Below are positions 1-9,864 of a stretch of 64,000 nucleotides of DNA, one piece after another (position 1 is the stretch's first letter; each line of letters opens with the position of its first letter). This DNA comes from an uncultured Chloroflexia bacterium (GTDB lineage Bacteria; Chloroflexota; Chloroflexia; QHBQ01; JADMIH01): contig CAWCNY010000001.1 of NCBI GenBank assembly GCA_963797095.1, positions 32,001-96,000 on the forward strand. Reading direction: 5' to 3'. A model generated the notes under the pieces. That model was not told where the DNA came from and made no database searches. It saw nothing but the letters and a program-made list of their open reading frames with translations. The translations under genes were made by a program, and so were the position numbers.

Positions 1-146
1 TGCACCGGGCTTATTGTGCTTCGTCATTCGTCACCGGCACCCCCTACTGAGTGAAGTCAGCAGGGCGGGAGGGGTTAGGAACAGATATCTCTACCGTATC
101 TGTGGGCTGTTCACAGCCCAGTCATATGGCACCCTAACGGGCGCCC
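1..146 (-). mobile_element. 5' portion of a probable second group II intron inserted in the RT ORF of the first (twintron); runs off the window
   Basis: RT homology stops exactly after ...ASCFDR. The following minus-strand sequence starts GGGCGCCCGTT, resembling the group II 5' consensus GUGYG and the outer intron's GTGCGACCCGTT. Confidence 0.65.
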
Positions 147-740
147 TCTATCGAAGCAACTGGCAATGTCGGCATCAAGTACATACTTTTGCATGTACTT
201 GATACTTTCAAAGATAGCGGCAATGGCATCATGGGCTGAGCGTCCTGGCCGAAAACCATAGCTATTGGCTTCGAATTTGGCTTCCCATTCGGGTTCAAGA
301 GCCAGTTTGACCAATGCTTGTGCTGCTCGGTCATGCATCACGGGAATACCGAGAGGCCGTTTATCCGTTGTGCCAGGTTTGGGTATCCAAACCCTTCGCA
401 CCGGTTGTGGCTTACCTCGCAGGTCCAGGGATTGTACAAGCTCCATGCGTTGTTGAGGAGTTAGAGATTTCACCCCGTCAATTCCGGCGGTTTTCTTGCC
501 CTGGTTATCCTGTGTTACCCGTCTTACCGCCAGGCATCTGGCTGCCCAGGACCTAACCATCAGGTGTTGCAAGTTGTGTACAGTTTTTCTATCGTCACGT
601 TGTGAGGCTTGGTAAATGCGCTTTTGGAGCTTGAAAACCGCCTGTTCGATTGCTCGCCAGGGGAGGGTTTTCCATTCATACACTGGCATTGGCGCTGGTG
701 CTTGCTTTTGCATTGGCACTTGCGCTGATACCGTGCTCAT
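111..740 (-). CDS. ltrA: Group II intron reverse transcriptase/maturase, N-terminal part (interrupted at ~146)
   Basis: Motifs VFKLQKRIYQAS, NQGKKTAGIDG, RRVWIPKPG..RPLGIP..DRA.Q, FEANSYGFRPGRSAHDA, VLDADIASCFD. Confidence 0.9.
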   Translation of the reverse strand: MSTVSAQVPMQKQAPAPMPVYEWKTLPWRAIEQAVFKLQKRIYQASQRDDRKTVHNLQHLMVRSWAARCLAVRRVTQDNQGKKTAGIDGVKSLTPQQRMELVQSLDLRGKPQPVRRVWIPKPGTTDKRPLGIPVMHDRAAQALVKLALEPEWEAKFEANSYGFRPGRSAHDAIAAIFESIKYMQKYVLDADIASCFDRGRPLGCHMTGL

Positions 741-1343
741 GACATTCGACTCCTACTCATGCCCTTACCATCCGTATGCCGACCTGCTCCTCATGAGGAG
801 CATTTTCCTCGTGAGGAGAACCAACTGAGTGGTTACCCCGTTCCTGGTATTCGTTTTACGCAGTTTTAGGACCGTACTATCCGCCGGGTTTAGTGGGAAT
901 GAAAACTGGTCAGATGGAAAGCCGCCAGCCCCTATCCTTATCCTTTTGGACCAGGCCATAGAACCTGCGTAGGCCTGTTCGCGCTAACGACGGTTCAGCT
1001 GTACGTTCACTTTCGTTGTCCATGACTGCCTGCTGGCAAGTTATCGGCATCAGGTTTGTCGTTGGCTTGCGTTCCACCCATGCACCGCACTGAGATTGAT
1101 GGTCAGTCGCATCCATGTGGGTGGCGCATTTCCTTGTTCATTTCAAGGATGGGGAATTGGACCAGACCTTACACCACGCTAGACTGTGCTAGACCGTGCT
1201 GGACTGTGCTAGACCGTGCTAGACCGTGCTAGGCCGCACCCCACATCGAATACCAAGTTATCTGAGAAGGCTGATCGGCATACATCCTCCTCAGTCTCAC
1301 ATTCGAGTCGTTATATTGACAATTATGTGAGAACGGGTCGCAC
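147..1343 (-). mobile_element. Group II intron (IIB/chloroplast-like class), 5' part, inserted in IS3 orfB
   Basis: Starts GTGCGACCCGTT at 1343, right after IS3 codons ...DNAVME. EBS1 TTCCAT (914-919) and EBS2 TATGGC (955-960) are complementary to the exon end GCCGTA-ATGGAA. Contains an RT ORF. Confidence 0.9.
1178..1237 (+). repeat. Tandem 10-mer repeat (GCTAGACCGT) x6 inside intron domain I
   Basis: Directly visible imperfect tandem array. Confidence 0.9.
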
Positions 1344-1992
1344 TTCCATTACGGCATTGTCGTAGCAATCTCCTTTCCTGCTCATGCTGCACACCATCTT
1401 GTGAGCATCAAGCAACTGCTGATAGTCTTGGGCGGCATACTGGCTCCCTTGGTCCGAGTTATGCAGCACGCCTTCTTGGGGCCGCCGCTGCGTAGTGGCC
1501 ATCTGCAATGCTGAAGCCACTAGCGTCTCCTCCATGTGCTTGTCCATCGCCCAGCCTACTATCTTGCGAGAATAGATGTCGAGCACCGCTGCCAGGTACA
1601 GCCACCCTTCTTTGGTTCTCAGGTACGTAATGTCGCTGACCCATTTTTCGTTAGGTCCGGCCGCCCAGAACTGGCGGTTCGGTGTGTTTGGAGCCACAGG
1701 GTAGCTGTGCTTGGAAAAGGGTGGTTGTTACCTTGTATGCCCGTCGCCTGAGGGCTTTTATGCCTGCCTTTCGCATCAATCGAGCCACACGGTTGAGGCC
1801 GCAAGGTGTGCCTGTACTGTTCAATTCAGCATGTATGCGTGGCGCTCCGTAAGTGCCACGGCTCCTCTTGAATGTGGCTTGTATTGCCGCAGTTAGCTGT
1901 TCGTCAGCCATCTCTCTCCTTGAAGGCGGCTCTTCCTGGCGCTTGACCCACGTGTAGTATCCACCTCTTGAAACCTGCAGTACCCGGCACAT
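1344..1992 (-). pseudogene. IS3 orfB transposase (frameshift near 1715; intron insertion at DNAVME)
   Basis: MCRVLQVSRGGYY, YGAPRIHAEL, WVSDITY, YLAAVLDIYSRKIVGW, HNSDQGSQY, CYDNAVME, spread over two frames. Confidence 0.9.
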
Positions 1993-2039
1993 TATCTTGA
2001 GTTCGTACTTGCCTCTGTGCCTGTGAATGAAGGCAAACT

Positions 2040-2416
2040 TCAGTCTTGGTCTTGCGTCTTGGAGAAGATGGCAATGGCTTACTTTAGTATGTCCCTTTCT
2101 TGTCGAACGATCTCCAGCTCTCGCTTTAGCCTGTGTACTTCAGCTTCCGCATCACTTTGATGGCCTGTGCCTGGAAAGGCTCGCTCCACATTTCCCCCTT
2201 CCTTATTGAATGCCCTTTCCCACAGGTGGATCTGGCCAGGGTACAACCCAAGCTCTCGTTCCAGGTCGGCCTTGGTCTTACCACTGCTTTTCAGCAGCCG
2301 CAACGTTTCAAGCTTGTGCTTTTCAGCAGCCGCAACGTTTCAAGCTTGAATTCTCGGGTGTATACTTTCTTCGACGGCCTCTCTGCTCTTTTTGTTTGGG
2401 ACTTGTTAGGCATCAT
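2040..2416 (-). pseudogene. IS3 orfA, broken by a 32-bp tandem duplication (2285-2348) and a premature stop
   Basis: YTREFKLE...ELEIVRQERDILK; duplicated TGCTTTTCAGCAGCCGCAACGTTTCAAGCTTG. Confidence 0.8.
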
Positions 2417-2479
2417 TTAGACTTCCTCCATATTGTGGACCAGGGTCTTCCTCGTGTCCACTTTGATGGGGGAATCCCA

Positions 2480-2695
2480 GGAAGAGGAGGTGGTCAGAGC
2501 ACGCACACTCCCCAGCCTGTCTGCGAACCGGTTGCCGATCAGGCGTACCAGATTTGCAGTAATAGTGTTGTGCTCAGGGCTAGCGCAGGCCATCGCGTAT
2601 ATCTGGCCGTTGATAAGCTCGCTCTTGTAATCGGCCCTGGTCTCAAGAGCGAGGCATTCTTCCTGGGTATATTGTTTATGGGGTAATGCTGCCAT
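2480..2695 (-). pseudogene. Uma2/DUF820 endonuclease N-terminal fragment truncated at the IS3 end
   Basis: YT.EE.L..E...YKSELING.IYAMA.AS.EHN.I..NL motif. Confidence 0.7.
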
Positions 2696-2773
2696 GATGC
2701 CCAGAGTCTGCTCCTTTTGTGCCCGTTATTATCCTGGCCCCGCCTCTTCCTGGGGCCATTATGCCAACAGGAG

Positions 2774-2817
2774 AAAAGAAAACGAACAGGCCCGTCGCTC
2801 CGGCGGGTCTGTTCGTT
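2774..2817 (-). terminator. Rho-independent terminator after the substrate-binding protein gene
   Basis: Long hairpin AACGAACAGGCCCGTCG/CGGCGGGTCTGTTCGTT with a minus-strand T-rich tail. Confidence 0.75.
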
Positions 2818-2834
2818 CGAGAGAAGGAGGTATT

Positions 2835-5276
2835 CTACTTGAAGTACCACTGAGGGCTGTTCCACCACTGTGGCCAAGAGCTGTTAGTGGTCTTGCGGTT
2901 CACCATCTTGTTTGTGTAGATCTCGATGGTTGGGCGGGCTGCCAATGGGATGGTCGCCGCATCGTTCATCATCTCCACCTGTATAATCGCCGACTGCTCA
3001 GCCTGCTTGCTTCTATCAAGTTCGGCCTTGAAGAGCGCGTTGGCGTTCGTTACCTTCTCGTTGATGTACTGCTGACGGTTCGGGTTGCCCGGGTTGTTCG
3101 CCGTCACCAACTGGCCCGAGTCCCACGGGTCGAAGTTAGAGGTGGAAAGCTGAGTGTAAGCGAACTGGCACAGCTTGCACTTGCCCGTGCTGATAGGGCC
3201 GTCCGGGGCGAAGTAGCCGGTTGGGTAGTTCACCACCTGCGCGTCCACCCCGATCGATTTCAGGTCATTCGACACAAGAGCCTGGATTGCCTGGCGGGTG
3301 GTGTTGCGCGTGGTCGCGTACTCGAACGATAGCTCAACGCCGTTCTTGTCGCGTATGCCGTTGCCGTTAGTATCTTTCCAACCCGCTTCGTCGAGTAGCT
3401 GGTTGGCCTTGTCAGGGTCGTAGTTGTACACAGGCAACTTGTACTTGGCTGCCAGGTCCGGGAAGTTCTTGGCGAAGTCGGGGTTTGAGAGCGAATGGAA
3501 CACCGAAGGAGGCACCGGGCTATCGAGCACGCTCGATTTTCCTTTGAACACCACGTCCACGATCTGCTGGCGGTTGATGCCATAAGCCAGCGCCTGCCTC
3601 ACCTTCAGGTCCTTGAACGGCTCATACAGGAAGTAGGGGTCGAGATGCTCCCACGAAGCGGCCACCTTGCTCACTACCACGCCACCTGCCGCCTCGATCT
3701 GGGCCGACTGATCGGGCACTACCACGAAACCTTCGGAGGCGATCCCGTCCACCTGTCCCGTCAAGAAAGCGTTCACCTGTGCGTTGACGTCGGTGTTGAA
3801 CTTTGTGATGATGCGCTTGAGCAACGGGGGAGCGGTCAGGTTGTAGTTGGGGTTGGCAACCAACGTCATGCTTTCTCCCTGCTTCCATTCCTGGACCATG
3901 AACGGCCCGTAACCTGTCGGCTTCTGCCCCTCTGTCGATTGCTGAATCTGGTCAACAGGTATCTTCTCCAGTATGTGCTTTGGATGCACAGTGCCGATCA
4001 GGGCATACTGGAGGTCCACTACCGGCCTGTTCAGGTCGATGAAGGTCTGAAGGAACGCGAACTGTGTCTTGTCGGTGGCTGGGTCGGCCAGCTTGGCTTT
4101 CGCTTCGCGCACCGACATCCAGTTGTACACCACGGTGTACTTGTCAGGGTTGTCTACGCTCGATATCTTCTGTTGGAGTGATATGGACGCCGAGAACGGG
4201 TCGTCCAGGATCAGCTTGTAGCTGAACACGGCATCGTTCGAGGTCAATTCCACGCCGTCCGACCACTTGATGCCTTTGCGCAGCTTGTACTTGGTCACCA
4301 GGTGGCGGTCATCGCCCGCTCCTACAAAGAACGAGCCACCGTTCTCGATGGTCGGCACGTACCAGGCTGCCAGCGGGAGGAGGTTCTCCTGGTCGTCGCC
4401 TATCACCAGGCCATCATCGAAGGTAATGGCCGCACATATACGGACCGCCACCACCGTACCGGCCTCGTTGCAGAACATCGTGTCCGGTTCCTGGAGCGAG
4501 CCGTCTGTAAAGGTATCTTTGCTGCTCGTCACACCCGAAGGTGGGGCAATGGACAGCTGGTCGGCGGCCACAGGAGTGGTCTTGTACTGCTGCACACCCA
4601 GCAGACCCAGCTCTACCTCGTAGGGGGCTTGCTTCTCAGGGTGTACCTCGAAGCGTGCTCGCTCGAAGTACTGCACATTGTACGTCTTGCCGTCTGTAGC
4701 CGACACCTCGTCGAATGCTTCGCTCAGAGGATAGCCGAACTGAGAAAGACCACCGTACTGCTGCCAGTACTGGAGTATCTTGCCTGAGATAGTGTGTCCG
4801 GTCTCGGGGAACCACAGCTTGGTGGCGCTCAGATCGCTCGGTTGATCTACCTTTACGAACGGTTCGTCAGCGGCGTTGCGCGCTTTATTAGTAGTGGGAT
4901 CTAGCGAGCCACGGCCTTCGACGAAGTTAGCGCCGAGGCGGCCGAGGAGCACGTCGTAGGGGGCTGTATTTTCGGGGTGAGCCTCATACTTAGCGCGCTC
5001 GAACCACTGGGTTGAGTACGATTTACCGTCTTCAGTCGAAATCTCGGCGCGGCTAGCGGTGATAGGGAGGCCGTTGACATAGGTGGAAGCCTGGTCATTA
5101 CCCTGGGCTTGCCACACTTCGAGGAAGCGGCCTGTCACATCGAAATCGCCGATTTTGCGGGACGCGCCCTGGGCTGCTGCGGGATTGGCGGCCACGGGCA
5201 GCAGGCTCGCCGCCATCGATCCTACCATGCCTGCATAGAGCGCTGTGCGTAACAGAGTTATTTTGGGTTTTTCCAT
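2835..5276 (-). CDS. Peptide/oligopeptide ABC transporter substrate-binding protein (family 5) with two N-terminal Chloroflexi cell-wall (LGFP-like) repeats
   Basis: Signal peptide; repeats QWFERAKYEAHPEN.APY.VLLGRLG; SBP5 motifs KLRKGIKWSDG..LTSND, PTGYGPF, VRQALAYGINR. Confidence 0.9.
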   Translation of the reverse strand: MEKPKITLLRTALYAGMVGSMAASLLPVAANPAAAQGASRKIGDFDVTGRFLEVWQAQGNDQASTYVNGLPITASRAEISTEDGKSYSTQWFERAKYEAHPENTAPYDVLLGRLGANFVEGRGSLDPTTNKARNAADEPFVKVDQPSDLSATKLWFPETGHTISGKILQYWQQYGGLSQFGYPLSEAFDEVSATDGKTYNVQYFERARFEVHPEKQAPYEVELGLLGVQQYKTTPVAADQLSIAPPSGVTSSKDTFTDGSLQEPDTMFCNEAGTVVAVRICAAITFDDGLVIGDDQENLLPLAAWYVPTIENGGSFFVGAGDDRHLVTKYKLRKGIKWSDGVELTSNDAVFSYKLILDDPFSASISLQQKISSVDNPDKYTVVYNWMSVREAKAKLADPATDKTQFAFLQTFIDLNRPVVDLQYALIGTVHPKHILEKIPVDQIQQSTEGQKPTGYGPFMVQEWKQGESMTLVANPNYNLTAPPLLKRIITKFNTDVNAQVNAFLTGQVDGIASEGFVVVPDQSAQIEAAGGVVVSKVAASWEHLDPYFLYEPFKDLKVRQALAYGINRQQIVDVVFKGKSSVLDSPVPPSVFHSLSNPDFAKNFPDLAAKYKLPVYNYDPDKANQLLDEAGWKDTNGNGIRDKNGVELSFEYATTRNTTRQAIQALVSNDLKSIGVDAQVVNYPTGYFAPDGPISTGKCKLCQFAYTQLSTSNFDPWDSGQLVTANNPGNPNRQQYINEKVTNANALFKAELDRSKQAEQSAIIQVEMMNDAATIPLAARPTIEIYTNKMVNRKTTNSSWPQWWNSPQWYFK

Positions 5277-6012
5277 GTTTGGGATTCCTTCCGTTCTCGA
5301 TCATGCTATCTGACACAATCATCGAAACGTCGGGCAGCCTTGCAAGTGATCAATCTTGTCTGCTGCTGGCTCTGGCCCTTTGCTTCTCATCTTCGCTACG
5401 GTGGGCTGTTGTAGGTGGCTCTTGTCGGCTACACGCGATCGGTGCAGGGACTCAAATTCGGGGTTAGCCACAGTACACGCTCAGATCATGAAGACGAATC
5501 GTTTCCTGCCCGCCGTGCCCCATGTGCGCCTGGTATTCTGCCTCGAACCTGTAAATAAGTTGAGCGTCCGGTTCCGTGTGAGGATTTCAGCCTTTTACCT
5601 GGTTACACACCCCATGTGAAGTGGGTGTGGGAGGATATTTCGGCGCACCTTTGGGGCCAGGCAGGATGGGAACGCCGAATGAGGAACAGTCCAGCGTCTG
5701 CCCAATGCCTCACATCCATTCTAGACACGGCCCGGCTCGTGGACTATCGCATATTTGGGTAGTTTGTTGGGCTATCTGCTCGTGGCCCAGGTGACCGCTA
5801 CCAACGGAGATTACCCGTTTGGGTAATACCTTTCAGCAAATTGCAACCTTCGTATACCCTACCCTTTACTATTTAGCGCTAACATAGACTCGGATGAGTC
5901 TACTTACTTTTCGTCCTATCCTGACTCGTAAGTGGCGGATAGGGCAGGTTTCAAGCCTGCATCTATCAATCTTCTGTTTTCGGTAGGCGTATTTGACGGA
6001 GGAGGCATTTCA

Positions 6013-6495
6013 ATGAAAGCGCTCGTTATCTACGACTCCAAATTCGGCAACACCAAGCTGCTGGCTTCAGAGATTTCCCACGTGCTGTCCGAATACGGAG
6101 AGGTAAACATGGTGTATGCCCCTGAAGTGGACCCAACTATCTTTGAGAGCGTGGACCTTCTGGTAGTCGGCGGCCCCACCCAGGCGCACGGTCTAAGCCC
6201 GGACATGAAGCAATTACTGGAGGACATCCCGTCAGGCGATAAAATGGGGGGTGGCCCCTCGGCTCTGGCCTTCGACACACGCCTGGACTGGCCCACATGG
6301 CTATCGGGGTCCGCTTCCAGCAAAATCGCTCATGCCCTCGAAAAGCTCGGTTATACGCTGTTGGCTCCTCCTGAGAGCTTCACCGTAAAAGGCACCTCTG
6401 TGCCGGAGCTTTTAGAGGGCGAAAAAGACCGGGCACGCGCCTGGGTCCGCCTGGCCGTGGAGCACATAGCGACCCCTGCGCCCGTCGCTCAGTAA
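6013..6495 (+). CDS. Flavodoxin-like protein
   Basis: VIYDSKFGNT, LLVVGGPT, LAFDTR motifs; GGAGG RBS before ATG 6013. Confidence 0.88.
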   Translation: MKALVIYDSKFGNTKLLASEISHVLSEYGEVNMVYAPEVDPTIFESVDLLVVGGPTQAHGLSPDMKQLLEDIPSGDKMGGGPSALAFDTRLDWPTWLSGSASSKIAHALEKLGYTLLAPPESFTVKGTSVPELLEGEKDRARAWVRLAVEHIATPAPVAQ

Positions 6496-6546
6496 GAGCC
6501 AAACGACAATAAAGTAAGTCCGTGGCTTGGATGAAGGGAGCGGCTG

Positions 6547-7305
6547 TTGAAAAGTCTCACTCTATCTCAACCCGCGAATCCGCCTGCTTATGCAAGCAGC
6601 ACGTTGGCATACCCCGTGGTTGGACTCGTCAGCCGAACGATCCTCTTCCTGGCCTGGCAAGCCGCCATCGCCCTAGTGATTGCACTATCAGGTGGCTCAG
6701 GGGCATGGGAAGCATCGGCGGCATGGTGGCCGGTGACGGCCACCCTCACCAATATCGTCTCGATAGGCTTGCTGGTGTTCTGGTTCAGGCGGGAGGGCGC
6801 GCGTTACCGCGCTCTGTTCCATGTCGAGCGCGAAACCTGGAAGCAAGACCTGAAGGCAGTTGCCGGAGTCGCCCTCGTAAGCGCGGTGCTGGCGATTCTT
6901 CCCAACTTCGGGCTGGCAATATGGCTCTTCGGAGATGCCCAGGTACCGGCAGATATGTTGTTCCGGGCGCTGCCTGCCTGGGCCGTGTGGATCAGCCTGG
7001 CGGCTTTCCCGATCACGATCGCGCTCGCCGAGCTTCCCACCTATTTCGGCTATGTAATGCCCCGTCTCGGGCAGGGCACGCGGGCGGTGCTGCTGGCCGC
7101 CTTCTTTCTTGGCATCCAGCATGCCACTCTGCCTCTGTTGTTCGATTGGCGCTTCATCCTCTGGAGGGCAGGCATGTTTCTGCCGTTCGCTCTCTGCTTG
7201 GCGGTCGTGCTACGCTGGCGACCACGTTTGCTCCCGTACCTGGTGGTCGTCCATGGCTTGTTGGACTTGCAGGCGGTGTTGATGGTGCTCCCGCTATCGT
7301 ACTGA
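6547..7305 (+). CDS. CPBP/CAAX-like intramembrane protease-family membrane protein
   Basis: Multiple TM helices; degenerate AELPTYFGY, GIQH, VHGLLD motifs. Confidence 0.65.
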   Translation: MKSLTLSQPANPPAYASSTLAYPVVGLVSRTILFLAWQAAIALVIALSGGSGAWEASAAWWPVTATLTNIVSIGLLVFWFRREGARYRALFHVERETWKQDLKAVAGVALVSAVLAILPNFGLAIWLFGDAQVPADMLFRALPAWAVWISLAAFPITIALAELPTYFGYVMPRLGQGTRAVLLAAFFLGIQHATLPLLFDWRFILWRAGMFLPFALCLAVVLRWRPRLLPYLVVVHGLLDLQAVLMVLPLSY

Positions 7306-7382
7306 GGGGAGCCGGGAATCGATCATACTGAACCTGACGAGGACTCGTCGTAGTCAGGAGGAACACTGAGAGGGACATTGAA

Positions 7383-8051
7383 ATGAAAAGCATTGACTTT
7401 CGCGTTATAGGAGGCGCTCTGTTGGTGGTGGCCGGTGCGCTGGCGCTCCTGCAAACTCTGACCGGCCAGGAAACTATGTGGGGGTGGGTTTGGGCTTTCC
7501 TCTTCGCGTTGGTTGGTTTGACCTTCCTCGCGTTGTATGCCAACACTCCGACCCGCAACTGGTGGGCAATCATACCGGGCATTACACTCGTCGCTCTGTC
7601 GGCCCTGATCGGCCTGAGCCTGCTTGGTTTCGGCGACGACACTGTTGAGGGCACCTGGCTTGGCGCGTTCTTCCTCGGCTCAATAGGATTGAGCTTCTGG
7701 ATCGTCTACCTGACACGGCGCGAGTTCTGGTGGGCGGTCATCCCCGGCGGCACCCTGTTCACACTGGCCGTCGTAGCCCTCATGTCCATTCAATTCCAGG
7801 ATGAGGTCGTGGGGGCCGTCTTCTTCTTCGGCCTTGCCGTCACTTTTGCCCTGCTCTACTTCCTACCCATACCCCATGTACATACTGCCTGGGTGCTCAT
7901 CCCTGCTGTTGGCCTCGTCGTCATGGGTTTGGCGGTGCTGCTTGCCTATACCAACCTGGTCAACTATATCTGGTCGTCGGCGCTTATCCTGATCGGCATC
8001 TATCTGCTGTTCAGGCAAAGAGGCGGCGGTGAGATGACCAGGAAGGGGTAG
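7383..8051 (+). CDS. Multi-pass membrane protein with repeated WWAIIPG motif
   Basis: Hydrophobic ORF with RBS; internal repeats. Confidence 0.75.
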   Translation: MKSIDFRVIGGALLVVAGALALLQTLTGQETMWGWVWAFLFALVGLTFLALYANTPTRNWWAIIPGITLVALSALIGLSLLGFGDDTVEGTWLGAFFLGSIGLSFWIVYLTRREFWWAVIPGGTLFTLAVVALMSIQFQDEVVGAVFFFGLAVTFALLYFLPIPHVHTAWVLIPAVGLVVMGLAVLLAYTNLVNYIWSSALILIGIYLLFRQRGGGEMTRKG

Positions 8052-8053
8052 AG

Positions 8054-8779
8054 GTGAAAACCCGAAGGCGCTACAGGATGCGGTGGCTTGCCCTATCGAT
8101 CCTGATGGTGATCCTGCTACCTGTGAGTGGTGTTGGCGCGGCTGCTTCACCTGTGGTTGCCGACCCTTTTGTGGAGTACTACAACGCACATGAAGGGATG
8201 CGCGTGCTCGGCCTACCCCTGAGTGAGTTGGTGGAGGTGGGCAGCTACCCCGCCCAGTACTTCGAGAAAGGCCGCATCGAGGACCACAGCAGCGACGTTA
8301 CCGACCCCAACTGGGCCTTCATGTACGGGCGGCTCACGGTTGAACTGATCGGATTGCATGACCAGGAATTAAAGGTCAGCGGCACCGATTTCACCTATGC
8401 TGACCTGGAGGAAGCCGCCGACCCGAAGCACCGGGTGGCCCCGCCTCCGAGTTTCACCGGGGGTACGGTTGGCGTGCTCGATGGCATGTTTGTGCCTTTC
8501 GACAGCCAGCTTCGTCCTGCTCCCGGCTACGCGGTAGCGCCCTACTTCTGGGCTTACGTCAACCGCGCCGACCTCTTCCCCGGTGGGTGGCTACACGACG
8601 TCGGCCTGCCTATGACCAACACCTTCACCGCCACGGTACTCAAAGGCGATGGCGAATCGCATACAATCTTTGTGCAGGCGTTCGAGCGAGCTGTCCTGAC
8701 CTACGACATGCGTAATCCCGCCGGGTGGCAGGTCGAAAAAGGCAATATCGGTGCTGATGCGCAGGAAGCTATCAAGTAA
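8054..8779 (+). CDS. Secreted protein consisting of a Chloroflexi-type cell-surface domain
   Basis: Signal peptide; YFEKGRIEDH...FVPFD...GGWLHDVGLPMT...FERAVLTYD domain shared with the 11094 and 16176 ORFs. Confidence 0.8.
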   Translation: MKTRRRYRMRWLALSILMVILLPVSGVGAAASPVVADPFVEYYNAHEGMRVLGLPLSELVEVGSYPAQYFEKGRIEDHSSDVTDPNWAFMYGRLTVELIGLHDQELKVSGTDFTYADLEEAADPKHRVAPPPSFTGGTVGVLDGMFVPFDSQLRPAPGYAVAPYFWAYVNRADLFPGGWLHDVGLPMTNTFTATVLKGDGESHTIFVQAFERAVLTYDMRNPAGWQVEKGNIGADAQEAIK

Positions 8780-9781
8780 TCAAGTAGCAGGCGCGTGTTC
8801 CTGGAGGAACTCGTAGACGCCCGTGAGCGCGACCTCTTTGTGGGTCACAATTGCCAGGTGGCTGCCGCCTTCGATCGTAAGAAGGCGCGCCCCTGGCACG
8901 CTATCCACAAGAGATCGCGAATGCTCGATAGGCACCGTATGATCGGCGGTGCCGTGCACCGCCAGGGTGGGCACGGCGATCTTTTGGAGCGGGTAGCGCG
9001 GCAGAGTCGGGAAGAGAGCCAGGTCCAGGGCGAAGCCTGCCCGCCGCAAGCTTAACGGGTGTGGGAAGTAGATCTCTTCCATAACCCGCAACTTATCAGG
9101 CTCCGACCTGTAACTTTGAAGGCGCTCCGGGGTCATACCGTAAAGAGCCAGCACCTTCTCTTTGGCAAATGTCCGGAGGGTAAGCAGCCCCAGGTCGTTG
9201 TTCAATACCGCTATCATCGCGCGCTCGCGCCGCGTAAGGCCGGGGTCCAGCCTCCCTGTCACCCCTGCGATTGACACCAAAGCCCAGCATCGATCAGGGT
9301 GGCGCAACACAAACTGAACAGCTGATGGTCCGCCCCCCGACACACCGATCATCGCCACGCGCTCTATGCCAAGCTTATCGAGGAGCGCCACGTAGGAATC
9401 GGCCTGGGCCTCGTAGGTGCGATGAGCAGGATCGTGCGGGACAGGGGTGCGCAAATATCCCCATCTGGATACCGACACCACATGCAGTCTGCGCTGGTCT
9501 GGTGGGGCGAGCTGCGTGATCAGCATACCCTGATCCCAGCCGCCCAGGATGCCATGTGCAATAAGCACCGGCGGCCCGCTCCATTCCTCGGCATATTCGA
9601 GGGGACCGAAGGGGGCAGCAACCAGGTGGCTCTGGGCCGCAAGGTGGCTGCGCATTGAGTGCAGCCATGCCTCGTACAATCCAAACCCCACGGAGGCAGC
9701 GCTTCCCACACCTATAACCGCCAGTGCGGACACAGGCGGCAGAATATGGGTATCAGGTTGGTTTAGAACATTCGCGGACAT
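8780..9781 (-). CDS. Alpha/beta hydrolase
   Basis: HGILGG, GVSGGG nucleophile elbow, HGTADHTVP, GGSH. Confidence 0.88.
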   Translation of the reverse strand: MSANVLNQPDTHILPPVSALAVIGVGSAASVGFGLYEAWLHSMRSHLAAQSHLVAAPFGPLEYAEEWSGPPVLIAHGILGGWDQGMLITQLAPPDQRRLHVVSVSRWGYLRTPVPHDPAHRTYEAQADSYVALLDKLGIERVAMIGVSGGGPSAVQFVLRHPDRCWALVSIAGVTGRLDPGLTRRERAMIAVLNNDLGLLTLRTFAKEKVLALYGMTPERLQSYRSEPDKLRVMEEIYFPHPLSLRRAGFALDLALFPTLPRYPLQKIAVPTLAVHGTADHTVPIEHSRSLVDSVPGARLLTIEGGSHLAIVTHKEVALTGVYEFLQEHAPAT

Positions 9782-9864
9782 ACAGCTACTTCGCGCTGTG
9801 GATAGCACAGTACCCTATTATACAACAGGCGCGCAACCCCATCCGCGATGACTCGTGTCCACGC

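Larger units (their letters stand above)
1344..2479 (-). mobile_element. IS3-family insertion sequence (left part; degenerate, interrupted by intron)
   Basis: Left IR TGGGATTCCCCCATCAAAGTGGACAC at 2479; orfA (HTH) and orfB (DDE) homology. Confidence 0.9.

Noticed and set aside
5808-5905. Palindromes TTACCC-N4-GGGTAA and TAGACTC-N4-GAGTCTA upstream of flavodoxin
   Set aside because: Plausible operators, but with no second copy or cognate regulator to support a call.
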